From positions 188,067-252,066 of the IMG/VR virus record IMGVR_UViG_3300022719_000283: DNA of 64,000 nucleotides; one strand, given 5' to 3'. The stretch comes from a virus (Duplodnaviria > Heunggongvirae > Uroviricota > Caudoviricetes). Numbering within the stretch: position 1 is the first letter of the stretch; each line of letters opens with the position of its first letter. This document shows positions 9,405 to 18,190 of this stretch, piece by piece. The notes under the pieces are model-generated. The model was not told the DNA's origin. It made no database searches and was given only the letters and a program-made list of their open reading frames with translations. Made by a program: the position numbers and the translations under genes.

Positions 9405-9799
9405 GTCGAACTAGCCTTTTCTTTCCGAGCCAGCCGCTCGTAACCGCTGGAGTCTTTGCCCTTGGACTTCGCGAGTTTGGCGGCCTCACCCCATGAATCG
9501 ACACGCTCACCTCCCACATTGGGAGCCAGCCGAGGAGTCAACCCAGCGGCCTTCTGCTCCTGCTCTCGGGACGCGAGCCGCTTGTTCTTCTTCCGCATCT
9601 GTTGGGCGATTCGGGTGTTCTTGGTCGCCCAACCATCACCCGAAAAGTTGATCATCGGAGGCGTGAAAATTCGAAGCACCTGCTGTTCACGCCCGCACTC
9701 GGGGCATGGGGGCTTTACCTTCGAGTCGTACTCGGACATCTTCATCACGATCTCGAAGTGGTGTTCGCAACCTTGGCATTCGTAGTCGTAGGTGGGCAT
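9401..9799 (-). CDS. FmdB-family zinc-ribbon protein
   Basis: MPTYDYECQGCEHHFE...PCPECG matches the FmdB MPxYEYxCxxCGxxFE ... CPxCG zinc-ribbon signature. Its stop overlaps the next start by 4 nt. Confidence 0.5.
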   Translation of the reverse strand: MPTYDYECQGCEHHFEIVMKMSEYDSKVKPPCPECGREQQVLRIFTPPMINFSGDGWATKNTRIAQQMRKKNKRLASREQEQKAAGLTPRLAPNVGGERVDSWGEAAKLAKSKGKDSSGYERLARKEKASST

Positions 9800-11667
9800 C
9801 AGCGGTTCTCCTCCTTGGCAAGGTACCGACGTAGGACGCGACGGCTGATTTGCCGTTCCTGATGCTTTTGCGCTACGCGCGCTGCGATGTGGGACTCCAC
9901 GAGCTCGATCTCAATTTCGTGCTCGCTATCGACCAAAAACCGTGAACCAAGCTTCTTGAGCGGGCTCTTTCTGGGGCGCACGAAGAAGTCCTTCGACTTC
10001 TCCAGAACAGCGTAGGCGTGCTTGCACACGGGTCTCCACTTCGCTGGATCACGGATTTTTGGGTAAGCCCCCGTCCCACGGAGAGCTCCTTTTTGGTAGT
10101 CCCCCTTCGTTCCCCAGTGCTCGGGACCCCACCACCTCCAGAAGGGACAGCTACATGAAATTCGGAGGTTGAGCTTCGGAAGGTTCTTGGCGTTCCCCCG
10201 TTTGAACGCTTGGACCCGAACGGTGTGATCTCCGGACTTCCAGTGCCAGATCCAGTTTTTGGTGTCGATGCGACTGAGCTTGGGAGGACGGTTTTTGGCG
10301 CGCTCCTTGATCTTCCTGTCGCATCGCTTGAGGATCTCGCCCATTGTCATGGCCACGCGGGAGTGGTCTCCCTCGGGACCGGATGACCCCCGCACCTCTC
10401 GACCGAAGCCCGGATGACAGAGCTCGTGGATGAAGGTTCGCGTGGCCTGTTTCACCTCGAAGTTGTTGTTGTGGAGGTAGCGGTCTTGCCGACCGTCCGG
10501 GATGGCCTGCGTGTTGTTGACGATATCCGTGTAGTAGGACATCGGAAGGACTTTCCCGGATCCATCAGTAGGGTTCATCGTCGTGACCTGGGGGTAATCG
10601 AGACCGCCAGAGGCCGGGGGCTCGAGCTCCCACTTCAACCCCTTTTGGGGTTTTCGATCCAGATCCGGAGCACGCAACGATTCACCCTTCTGCTTCTTCG
10701 GATCCTTGCGGGGAGTGCCCGTGTCACGGCTGCGCCCTTTGCCGTAGTTCTGATCCAGTTGCTCGGGAGGCTGTGTTTTCTTGACGTGCGTGTTCCAGTT
10801 GGAAGACCAATTCGCCCCCTCCATCTCAAACCCCAGCAGCTCCAACACCTCTCCCAGGAGCTCCATCCCGGCACGGCGATCTCCAGAGTCACGTCCCTCG
10901 CGTTTTTGCTCTTCGCGCCAGTCTTTGGTCTTCTGCGCAGGCGTACGGGGATCGATACCTCGCCGCTTGTACCGATGCGGATACATGCGTCGGTACTTCC
11001 GTTTCAGCTTTTTCCGGGGAAGCCGTTTCCCTCGCGTGCGGTACTTGATTCTTTCCTTGCGACCTTTGGCCGGGTGTCGCTTGTACCACCGTTTGGACCG
11101 GATACGCCCGACTGCACCTTGATTCTTCTGGCGTTTTTTCGGGAAGATGCTGCCGCCAGCACCTACGACCTCTTGCTGGTCATCGATGGGATCTTCTTCG
11201 TAGATGTCCTCTGTTTCAGCATCAGCCAGCATCTCGAGAAGACTGGCCAGAGCTTCCTCGTAGTCGCCCTCGCCCTCATCCTCGTCCTCCTCCAACGCCG
11301 TTACATCCTGGCGGCGACGGACATAGTTGTAGTCGTACTTGGTAGGATGGCCATAGTCCTTACCAGGAACATCCAGGGTGCGATTCGGGCTTCGCCGTGG
11401 CTTGTTGTACGTGGTCGGGCCGATTCGTTTCTCACGCTTCTTGTCGTGATTGGACGGCAATGGGAGGGCCCGTTGCTTTTCCCTCGACTGGGGCGCTTGG
11501 ACAGGCCACATCGAATCGAGGTTGGACTGCCCTCGATCTACGGAGTCGCTTTCGGTCTGCTCCGGGAAGATCCCCATCTGGGAATCCTGATCAACCACCG
11601 TCTTGTACCCGGGCGTGTCTTGCCACCGGGGACGGTAAGCTTTCTTCTTGATGCCGAAGTCTGGCAC
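9799..11667 (-). CDS. SWIM zinc-finger protein, highly charged (622 aa)
   Basis: CSCPFWRWWGPEHW...CKHAYAV fits the SWIM pattern CxC-x(n)-CxH. Long K/R-rich and D/E-rich tracts. Confidence 0.5.
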   Translation of the reverse strand: MPDFGIKKKAYRPRWQDTPGYKTVVDQDSQMGIFPEQTESDSVDRGQSNLDSMWPVQAPQSREKQRALPLPSNHDKKREKRIGPTTYNKPRRSPNRTLDVPGKDYGHPTKYDYNYVRRRQDVTALEEDEDEGEGDYEEALASLLEMLADAETEDIYEEDPIDDQQEVVGAGGSIFPKKRQKNQGAVGRIRSKRWYKRHPAKGRKERIKYRTRGKRLPRKKLKRKYRRMYPHRYKRRGIDPRTPAQKTKDWREEQKREGRDSGDRRAGMELLGEVLELLGFEMEGANWSSNWNTHVKKTQPPEQLDQNYGKGRSRDTGTPRKDPKKQKGESLRAPDLDRKPQKGLKWELEPPASGGLDYPQVTTMNPTDGSGKVLPMSYYTDIVNNTQAIPDGRQDRYLHNNNFEVKQATRTFIHELCHPGFGREVRGSSGPEGDHSRVAMTMGEILKRCDRKIKERAKNRPPKLSRIDTKNWIWHWKSGDHTVRVQAFKRGNAKNLPKLNLRISCSCPFWRWWGPEHWGTKGDYQKGALRGTGAYPKIRDPAKWRPVCKHAYAVLEKSKDFFVRPRKSPLKKLGSRFLVDSEHEIEIELVESHIAARVAQKHQERQISRRVLRRYLAKEENR

Positions 11668-11670
11668 CTG

Positions 11671-12099
11671 CTACTCCCTCCTGAGATGACGTCGAGCGAC
11701 TCGTCGAGCAAGGTGTCGATGAAACACGCGCTTAGCTGTCATCCGGAGCATGGGAGCTCCAAAGGCTCGAGCTCCCTCGATCGTCTCATCAACACGATTG
11801 CGACGGGTCAAAGGAAGACGCTCACGAAGATGGTCTTTTCCCATCACCGAAAGGGCGTAGTTGATCTCATCGAGCTGGGCCTCGAGCATCTCAAGACGCT
11901 TCGGAAAATCCACAATGATATCTCCAGCCACCTGGTACAGGTGTTCCTTGGCTGGAGAGGTCTCGACGAGCTTCAAGACTTTCGTCAAAAGCTGGTGAAG
12001 CCGGTGAGCCTCCACCCGTGCGGCACTGACGCCCCCCGTGATGAGGGCCCAGCCTGCTTGGCTTCCTGCGCTTCGTGAAATCGACATCGGCGCCTTCAC
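11671..12099 (-). CDS. Hypothetical protein (142 aa)
   Basis: ORF packed between its neighbours; Arg-rich C-terminus. Confidence 0.4.
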   Translation of the reverse strand: MKAPMSISRSAGSQAGWALITGGVSAARVEAHRLHQLLTKVLKLVETSPAKEHLYQVAGDIIVDFPKRLEMLEAQLDEINYALSVMGKDHLRERLPLTRRNRVDETIEGARAFGAPMLRMTAKRVFHRHLARRVARRHLRRE

Positions 12100-12135
12100 A
12101 GAGGGGGCGCCATTGGCCGAAAACCGAAATCAGGG

Positions 12136-13905
12136 CTACTCGGTGATTTCCTCTTGCACGATGGCAGCAAAACCGTCGAGATCGGGCGCCTTCTTGTCTT
12201 TCGACGAAGTGCTCGATTTCGCCGCTTTTTTGATCTTCTCAAGCTCCTTGGCGAGCGCCGTCTTGATTTCCTCTCGCGCCAGTTCGGTCTCTACCGCCAG
12301 GATTCCCTTGATGTACTGCGGGTTTTTGATGTGCTTCAGCGCTTCGGCCACACGTTCTTTGACTGGCCGATCTTTGTCCCATTTGAAGTCTGGAATCAGC
12401 ATCTTCACAGCTTGGTAAGCCGGATCGTCCTCGGGGCGCCGATGCACCTCGGGCTTAGGTCCAGTCGCAGCATTCGGAAGGACTTCCTCCAAACTGTCCC
12501 CGGCTGTGGTTTCTTGCACGTCCCCTGTAGCCGCCGTTTTCGCCTCAGCCCCTTCAGAGACATGACCGACCACGTTCTCGTCGGCCTCGAACTTCTCGAC
12601 CCGAAGCTGTTTTCCTTGCTCCGCTCGTTGAATGGCTGAGCTCGAGGTGTTGGCATCACTGGCTACGAAACTTCGCTTGGTAGGTGAAAGCACACGCCCA
12701 ACCGCAACACCCCCATCCACACTGACGGAGGGCGCCTTTCGACCCACTTCAGCCTCTCCCATCTTGATGCTTTCCTGGCTCGAAGAGGCAACCTTGGCCG
12801 ACTCGTCCAGGCGAATAGGAGCCGCACCTCCGGACAAAGAAATCTGCCCCATGTCTCGTTGCTCATCCACCACGATCGCCCCTGTGTCCCCGAACCGTTT
12901 ACGCGGAGCCGGGCTTTTCTGAGGCGGTTTGGCTTGCGCCACATCGATGGCAATCTCTTCCTCGCGCTCGATCACCGTCTTCTTTTGCTCCGTGACGTTG
13001 CCGATAACGGTGCCTCCGCTTTCGCTTTCGTCCTCTTCGACTACGGGCATCGTCTTGCGCTCATGATCCGCATCGACGGGGAGGTTTCGCGCACTTCCAG
13101 TCTTCACCGCAGCGTACCCCGACAAAGATGCCTGGTTCGGCACAGCCGCTTTCGCCTTGGCGATGGGTGTCGTTTGCTGATCTTCGGGTGCGTCGATCGG
13201 AAGGTTTCGAGCCGTCTTTTTGGTTCGCTTCTTCGTCTTGGGTTTTGCGTCTTCTTCTTCGGCCCAGTTCAGCATTGAGAGGATATCCGACTCAACCTGC
13301 TCTTCGATGTCGACATAGGAGTCATTGACTTCCTCCCCCGTTTCCTCTTCAAGCCCCTCGAAGAGGGCTCGCATCTCGTCATCCATTTCGGTGATGAGCT
13401 CATCGAGGTCCTGATCACCCGTCAAACTGGAAGCGGCCATAGCCTGGGCGGCCATAGCATCTCGAGCGGCTTGGCTTTCCAGTGGTACTCGACGAGTAGC
13501 CTCGAGATTTGTGGCTTCACGGTTTTTCTTGCGATCGGCGATCGAAACTACTTCCCGCTCGTCATGTTGTTCCGTTGTGACAGTAGTCCGAACCGCTCGC
13601 TCGTTTCCTCGCGTTTCAGTGGGGCGCACCTGGATCCCAGCGGACTTGGGACGCACCTGGGTCACTTTGTCGCCAACGGGGACAAGCCAGTTCGAGTTGA
13701 GGATAGCGGAGCGGAGCTGAGGTACATCGGTGAACTCGCGACCATCCTTGAGGATGACGGTAGTTCCATCGTATTGAAGCTTCTCGCCGAGGCCAGGGGT
13801 GTAAGCACCCCCACCCGGGTTGATAAAACCCAGGGAGAGTCCTTCAACCCTCACCTCATAGGTCCGGAAGTGGTTCACTTGAAAGTCGATTGAAGACATG
13901 GGCAT
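12136..13905 (-). CDS. Acidic hypothetical protein with an internal direct repeat (589 aa)
   Basis: Long ORF with D/E-rich tracts. KTARNLPIDAPEDQ and GSARNLPVDADHER are encoded by a DNA direct repeat near 13050-13220. Confidence 0.55.
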   Translation of the reverse strand: MPMSSIDFQVNHFRTYEVRVEGLSLGFINPGGGAYTPGLGEKLQYDGTTVILKDGREFTDVPQLRSAILNSNWLVPVGDKVTQVRPKSAGIQVRPTETRGNERAVRTTVTTEQHDEREVVSIADRKKNREATNLEATRRVPLESQAARDAMAAQAMAASSLTGDQDLDELITEMDDEMRALFEGLEEETGEEVNDSYVDIEEQVESDILSMLNWAEEEDAKPKTKKRTKKTARNLPIDAPEDQQTTPIAKAKAAVPNQASLSGYAAVKTGSARNLPVDADHERKTMPVVEEDESESGGTVIGNVTEQKKTVIEREEEIAIDVAQAKPPQKSPAPRKRFGDTGAIVVDEQRDMGQISLSGGAAPIRLDESAKVASSSQESIKMGEAEVGRKAPSVSVDGGVAVGRVLSPTKRSFVASDANTSSSAIQRAEQGKQLRVEKFEADENVVGHVSEGAEAKTAATGDVQETTAGDSLEEVLPNAATGPKPEVHRRPEDDPAYQAVKMLIPDFKWDKDRPVKERVAEALKHIKNPQYIKGILAVETELAREEIKTALAKELEKIKKAAKSSTSSKDKKAPDLDGFAAIVQEEITE

Positions 13906-14298
13906 CGTCCCTGAGTTGGTGAAAACCGACCAGGATCATGTTACCCGCCTCCTCGCGCACCAGATCAGTGAAGTGTCTTGCCGTTTTTTCCCGCAGAGGC
14001 CCCGTTTTGGCCTTCTTCGACATCTTCGCCTGGAAATTCCTCCATCGCAGACGTCAGGGTATTCCGGATATGGGGCAGGAAGTCCCGTCGAACCCGGACT
14101 CGAGACACCACCGTGGCCTCTTGAAGGTCCGCGGAGTAGATCATGAAATCCAAAAAGCAGTCGGGCCCAACTTCTTCGACTACGCGAAAGGCATTGGCGA
14201 ACTGACCGAACTTGTTCACATCATCCTGGATGTGGACCTTGGTGGTGCGTCGTGTTTCGGCCATGGGTGAGCTTTCAAAGGGTCACTGTACCGGCAGT

Positions 14299-14622
14299 TC
14301 AAGAGTTGTCTTCGACGGGTTCGAACCCCATCTTGAGCAGTGAAGAACGATACCGACGAGGCACTTGGAAAACGAAGACAAGGTGTCCGTCGATGAAGTG
14401 TGTTCCTGTCTTGTAAGTGGCTTCAGGGCACTCCTCGAACAACAAGGCGAGATCGTCGAACTGCTCAGCGACCTGCTGCATAGCGACAGCAACATGGGAC
14501 ATGCCAGCCGCAGGATCCTCATGCTCCCCCAACGTGGAACTTACGTTGGGGAACCAGATGTGATAGGTGAGCTTCTCATCCGCTGAAGGGAAGGGAAGCA
14601 CATTTGCTTCCGAGGCCATCAC
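14299..14622 (-). CDS. Hypothetical protein (107 aa)
   Basis: ORF with balanced composition; no motif. Confidence 0.35.
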   Translation of the reverse strand: MMASEANVLPFPSADEKLTYHIWFPNVSSTLGEHEDPAAGMSHVAVAMQQVAEQFDDLALLFEECPEATYKTGTHFIDGHLVFVFQVPRRYRSSLLKMGFEPVEDNS

Positions 14623-14635
14623 TTCTTAGCCCCTG

Positions 14636-15205
14636 CTATAGAGGGTTCACCGCCAAATCCCGCAAGAAATCGTGGATTTCGTGGGAATTTCGAAACCATT
14701 CGGCCTCGAGCCGCAGATGGGAAAACCGCGCGTGTAAAGAGGCTTCCGTCTCCATCGTCCCAGGAAGAGTGGCGAGGAGAACGAGTTTCTGAGCATTCGC
14801 GGTTTGGAGCTCCGCAATTCGACGATCAACATTTTGAGTCCAGCCCACCTTGATAGCCCCTTCGGTGCCCGCCTGGATGAAGTAGACCAAACCCTCCCGC
14901 TCTTGAAGGGGTACGTAATCGGCGTCATACCGTACAGACGTGACCTCTACTCGGCCGTGGATCTGGAAAGATTGCCACAGGCCAGTCGAAAGAACCCCGT
15001 ATAGAGGCGTACTGGGATCCGGGCCGTAAGCGTAACGGACTCCTCGATCTCCGACGCTGCCCAGACGTACATAATCCATGCACAGAACATGCGTAGGTGA
15101 TCTCGGGTCCAGCACACGTACGCGATGCGTGGGGACAAAGGGTTCTTCAAGATCAGGGTAACGATCTTGAACGTCCGCACGCGTCACGGTTAGACGCCGA
15201 GCCAC
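14636..15205 (-). CDS. T5orf172 / GIY-YIG-like domain protein
   Basis: VYFIQAGTEGAIKVGWTQNVDRRIAELQTANAQKLVLLATLPG...EASLHARFSHLRLEAEWF matches the T5orf172 (MUG113) signature Y.I...G..KIG.T.N...R...LQT..P..L.....G....E..LH..F...R..GEWF. Confidence 0.6.
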   Translation of the reverse strand: MARRLTVTRADVQDRYPDLEEPFVPTHRVRVLDPRSPTHVLCMDYVRLGSVGDRGVRYAYGPDPSTPLYGVLSTGLWQSFQIHGRVEVTSVRYDADYVPLQEREGLVYFIQAGTEGAIKVGWTQNVDRRIAELQTANAQKLVLLATLPGTMETEASLHARFSHLRLEAEWFRNSHEIHDFLRDLAVNPL

Positions 15206-15235
15206 AAACTCTCTCTACCGCACCCGCAACAGATG

Positions 15236-15871
15236 CTACGGGCTATCCAACATCCAGATCTCGACTGCCTTGTTGACAGCATAGTCCCTTGGCATCGCGC
15301 CGAGGTCATAGCTTTCGTAGAGTTTTTCAGCGCGTGGCTTCATCCGTTCACGAATAGTTTCTTCGGGAACTCCGAAAATCCGCTGCACCCGAAAACTTTC
15401 ACGATATGCCTGGACTTCGAGTGCCCAGCGACCTTCCGGCACTACGTACATAGCCCCCATCTCCAAAGGCGTGTGCTCATCGTATTCCCGGACATGAACG
15501 AGCTCGTGCCAAAGGATCTCGGCTTGGACATCCTCGGAGAGCTCATCCCAGTGCTTGGCGACAAAGATCTTCGTCGGAAAGGTGGTTGTGAAGCGGTCCC
15601 ACTTCTCGATCCCCTGCGCCTTGTGGAGGATCCGAATCCCATTGTCCTCGATCTCCTGCATGGCAACGAGCCACGCTTCGTGTGGATCCGAAGGGATCTC
15701 CCCGTCCCGCGCCATCTCCGAAGTGCGCTTGGCCAGGTCTTCGTAAAAAAGATCCTGGGGAACGCCATCCTCGTAGACCGGGGGCCCGACAACCTCAATG
15801 GTGGGCCCGTGAGGACACCCGGTCATAAAAAGGCCGAAAGCAAATACGAACGGAGTGAGTACCTTCTTCAT
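15236..15871 (-). CDS. Lipoprotein with HExxH zinc-metallopeptidase motif
   Basis: The N-terminus MKKVLTPFVFAFGLFMTGC has a signal peptide and a lipobox (LTGC). WHELVHV supplies the HExxH motif. Confidence 0.5.
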   Translation of the reverse strand: MKKVLTPFVFAFGLFMTGCPHGPTIEVVGPPVYEDGVPQDLFYEDLAKRTSEMARDGEIPSDPHEAWLVAMQEIEDNGIRILHKAQGIEKWDRFTTTFPTKIFVAKHWDELSEDVQAEILWHELVHVREYDEHTPLEMGAMYVVPEGRWALEVQAYRESFRVQRIFGVPEETIRERMKPRAEKLYESYDLGAMPRDYAVNKAVEIWMLDSP

Positions 15872-15989
15872 GATGATGTTCCATTGAATGGACCCCTATA
15901 GGGGGAACAGCGATCATGTGGTGGGTCTACGTCATTCAAAGCGAGCAATCTCGGTTCACCAAAACGGGCAGGGAAGCCCCTGGATTTCA

Positions 15990-17354
15990 TTACGTGGGCT
16001 CCACAACCGACCCAGCACGCCATTCATCCGGCGTGGGCGGTCTCCATGCAGGATCTCGAACCCAGGGGTGATCAGCCCCGTCACCGTGACAAAGTTCAGA
16101 ATCTTCGAGGGACCATGCCGGTCGCCCTTCTCCGCGTTTCTGTCGTTTGAGCGCATACTCAGCTCGAAGAGCCTCTGACCGCGTGAAATAGGGCCCATAT
16201 AATGCACGCGCCACCCACGGACGATGTTTTGCGGTGTACTTCCCACCGCCTTTCAATCCCGGACGCCCATCCGCTCGAAGTCCGTTGTGCTGCCTCAGAC
16301 GGGCCGCCGGGTCCACAGCCATGCCAACGTAGAAAAACCCTGGAAGTTGTTGTCCGCGTTTGCCCACCCGACGTTGCTGGCTCTGAATGACGTAGACCCA
16401 AAAGAGTTTCCGCGGCAGAGTAGGAACCACGGTGTTGAGACATAGAGGGTCCCCCTGCGCCTCTCGAATCAGGGCCGCTTCTTTTTCCAAAGCCTCAAGC
16501 TCATCTCCACACTCGTGTAGAACGGAGAGCTGTGCTTCCTCGAAATCCTTGTCATTCAAGGCTTCGATGTGTTTTTTCTTCTTGGCCTTCGACTTGTGGT
16601 TGTTAAACCGAAGATCGTAGTGACTCGAAGACCCCAGGTAGTAGGTGCTGTCCGCGAACTGAATCTTGTAGACCGCCCACCGGCGCCGGAGTTCACGTTT
16701 TTGTCTGATCAGCTCCTTGTTCCTGGCGTAGTACGCCCGATCCTGGTGTCGATTCTTACGGCGGTACCTTTTGATTTCGTCCTTGTTCTGTGAACGCCAT
16801 CGCTGCTGACGATCCTTCACTTCTTCGGGGTGATTGGCAGCGTACTCCCGGGCAACCTGCCGGCGCTCGTCTGCATGACGAGTGTACGATCGTCGGTTCT
16901 GGACGCGCACCTTCTCCGGATTGCGTTCTTTCCACCCCCGGTTGTAAGCAGCACGCTGTGCCTTCACCTCGGGACGTGCTCGGCGACGAGCACGGTTTTC
17001 TTTCACCTTCTCAGGGTTGGCTTTTCGCCACGCCTGGGTCGTCTCATTCAATCGTTTCCGGTTTGCTTTCCGGTACTCCTGCTGGCACAGCTTGCACCAA
17101 ACCTGAAGACCGTCTTTCCGTGATTGATCCTTTCCAAATGCGGACAAAGGCCGTTCTGACCCGCATTTAGAGCACCTCTTCACCCCACTAAGATAACACG
17201 AAAACGGTGAAATCCAAAGCGGAGGGGTACACCGAACGTCACTACCGATTGAGCAGCCAGTGAAGATGCGGAGCCGCGTAGTAGGCCCACGCATAGTCGG
17301 CGTACCCATGGTTGTCGAACACCGCCTGCGTGGTCTCGGATCCTGCAAGCACAA
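15990..17354 (-). CDS. GIY-YIG homing-endonuclease-like protein with two GIY-YIG modules and basic NPEKV repeats
   Basis: VYKIQFADSTYYLGSS and FWVYVIQSQ...GFFYVGMAVDPAARLRQHN...RSEALRAEYALK are GIY-YIG-type motifs. The repeats AWRKANPEKVKENRARR, GWKERNPEKVRVQNRRS and ANHPEEVKDRQQRWR are typical of phage homing-endonuclease linkers. The true start may lie downstream of 17354. Confidence 0.6.
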   Translation of the reverse strand: MCLQDPRPRRRCSTTMGTPTMRGPTTRLRIFTGCSIGSDVRCTPPLWISPFSCYLSGVKRCSKCGSERPLSAFGKDQSRKDGLQVWCKLCQQEYRKANRKRLNETTQAWRKANPEKVKENRARRRARPEVKAQRAAYNRGWKERNPEKVRVQNRRSYTRHADERRQVAREYAANHPEEVKDRQQRWRSQNKDEIKRYRRKNRHQDRAYYARNKELIRQKRELRRRWAVYKIQFADSTYYLGSSSHYDLRFNNHKSKAKKKKHIEALNDKDFEEAQLSVLHECGDELEALEKEAALIREAQGDPLCLNTVVPTLPRKLFWVYVIQSQQRRVGKRGQQLPGFFYVGMAVDPAARLRQHNGLRADGRPGLKGGGKYTAKHRPWVARALYGPYFTRSEALRAEYALKRQKRGEGRPAWSLEDSELCHGDGADHPWVRDPAWRPPTPDEWRAGSVVEPT

Positions 17355-17516
17355 GTGCTCCGGGTCCGACCGCTGTGACGGTGAAGACCGTGCAGCGATC
17401 CATGGCCAAGAGACGGTCTCCGAGCTCGAGCGCAGACACGAGTCCGGCGGGGAGGTGAAACAGCGGGACAGAAGGGTATTGGCGGCGACGAATCCACCGG
17501 TCCGCGACTTGCTGCG

Positions 17517-18188
17517 CTATGCGGGCCTGTTCTTCTCGAACCATTTCCAGTACCCATGCACGAGCTCTTTGTAGTCGTCGTTCATCACGCCGGCCGAGGG
17601 AAGAGCATCCGCCAACTTCATGGCACTCGCCAGGTTCATGCCGAGATACCGCATGGCGTAGGCGGCCACTGTGGCTCCTGTACGGTCTGTCCCGTTCATG
17701 CAGTGGATGTAGATGAGCCCCTTGTTGAGCGTTCGCAGAACACCGAGGTACTCGATGAACCCGATGAAGTTGTAGCTTCGAACCGCGGGTCCCAACGTGA
17801 TCTCGTTGGAGCCCCCTTCGATCTGCCACCAGACCAGATGACCGGGTGCTTTGCCCTGCCGAACCTTCACCCCGTCACCGAGTAGCTGGGCAGGATTCCA
17901 GTCCGGCTCGTTGAACTGCGGTGGGATATCGCGGCCTCCGGGGAACCGGGTGACCGGTACTTCGTAGGCTCCGAGCTCGACTAGCCACTGAGGGCGCTCG
18001 CCTCCCTCCACGTTGTCGATCACGCTCACGTCGACGAGGACGGTGGCCGGTTCCAAGCCGAGTGCCGCTGCCATCTCGTGGTAGGCAAAATTCCCGGCCT
18101 CATTGACCGGGAGGTTCCCACGCCAAACTTGGGTCGTTCCCACCTTGTCGATGCAGGCGCATCGCTCTGGATCGAACACGGCAGCCAT
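17517..18188 (-). CDS. Protein tyrosine / dual-specificity phosphatase
   Basis: HCMNGTDRTG is the CX5R(S/T) P-loop signature of the PTP/DSP family. Confidence 0.65.
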   Translation of the reverse strand: MAAVFDPERCACIDKVGTTQVWRGNLPVNEAGNFAYHEMAAALGLEPATVLVDVSVIDNVEGGERPQWLVELGAYEVPVTRFPGGRDIPPQFNEPDWNPAQLLGDGVKVRQGKAPGHLVWWQIEGGSNEITLGPAVRSYNFIGFIEYLGVLRTLNKGLIYIHCMNGTDRTGATVAAYAMRYLGMNLASAMKLADALPSAGVMNDDYKELVHGYWKWFEKNRPA

Positions 18189-18190
18189 AA

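Noticed and set aside
10414-12078. 554-aa plus-strand ORF
   Set aside because: Antisense to the SWIM-finger gene and the 142-aa gene. Its Leu/Arg-rich composition is typical of a GC-rich antisense frame.
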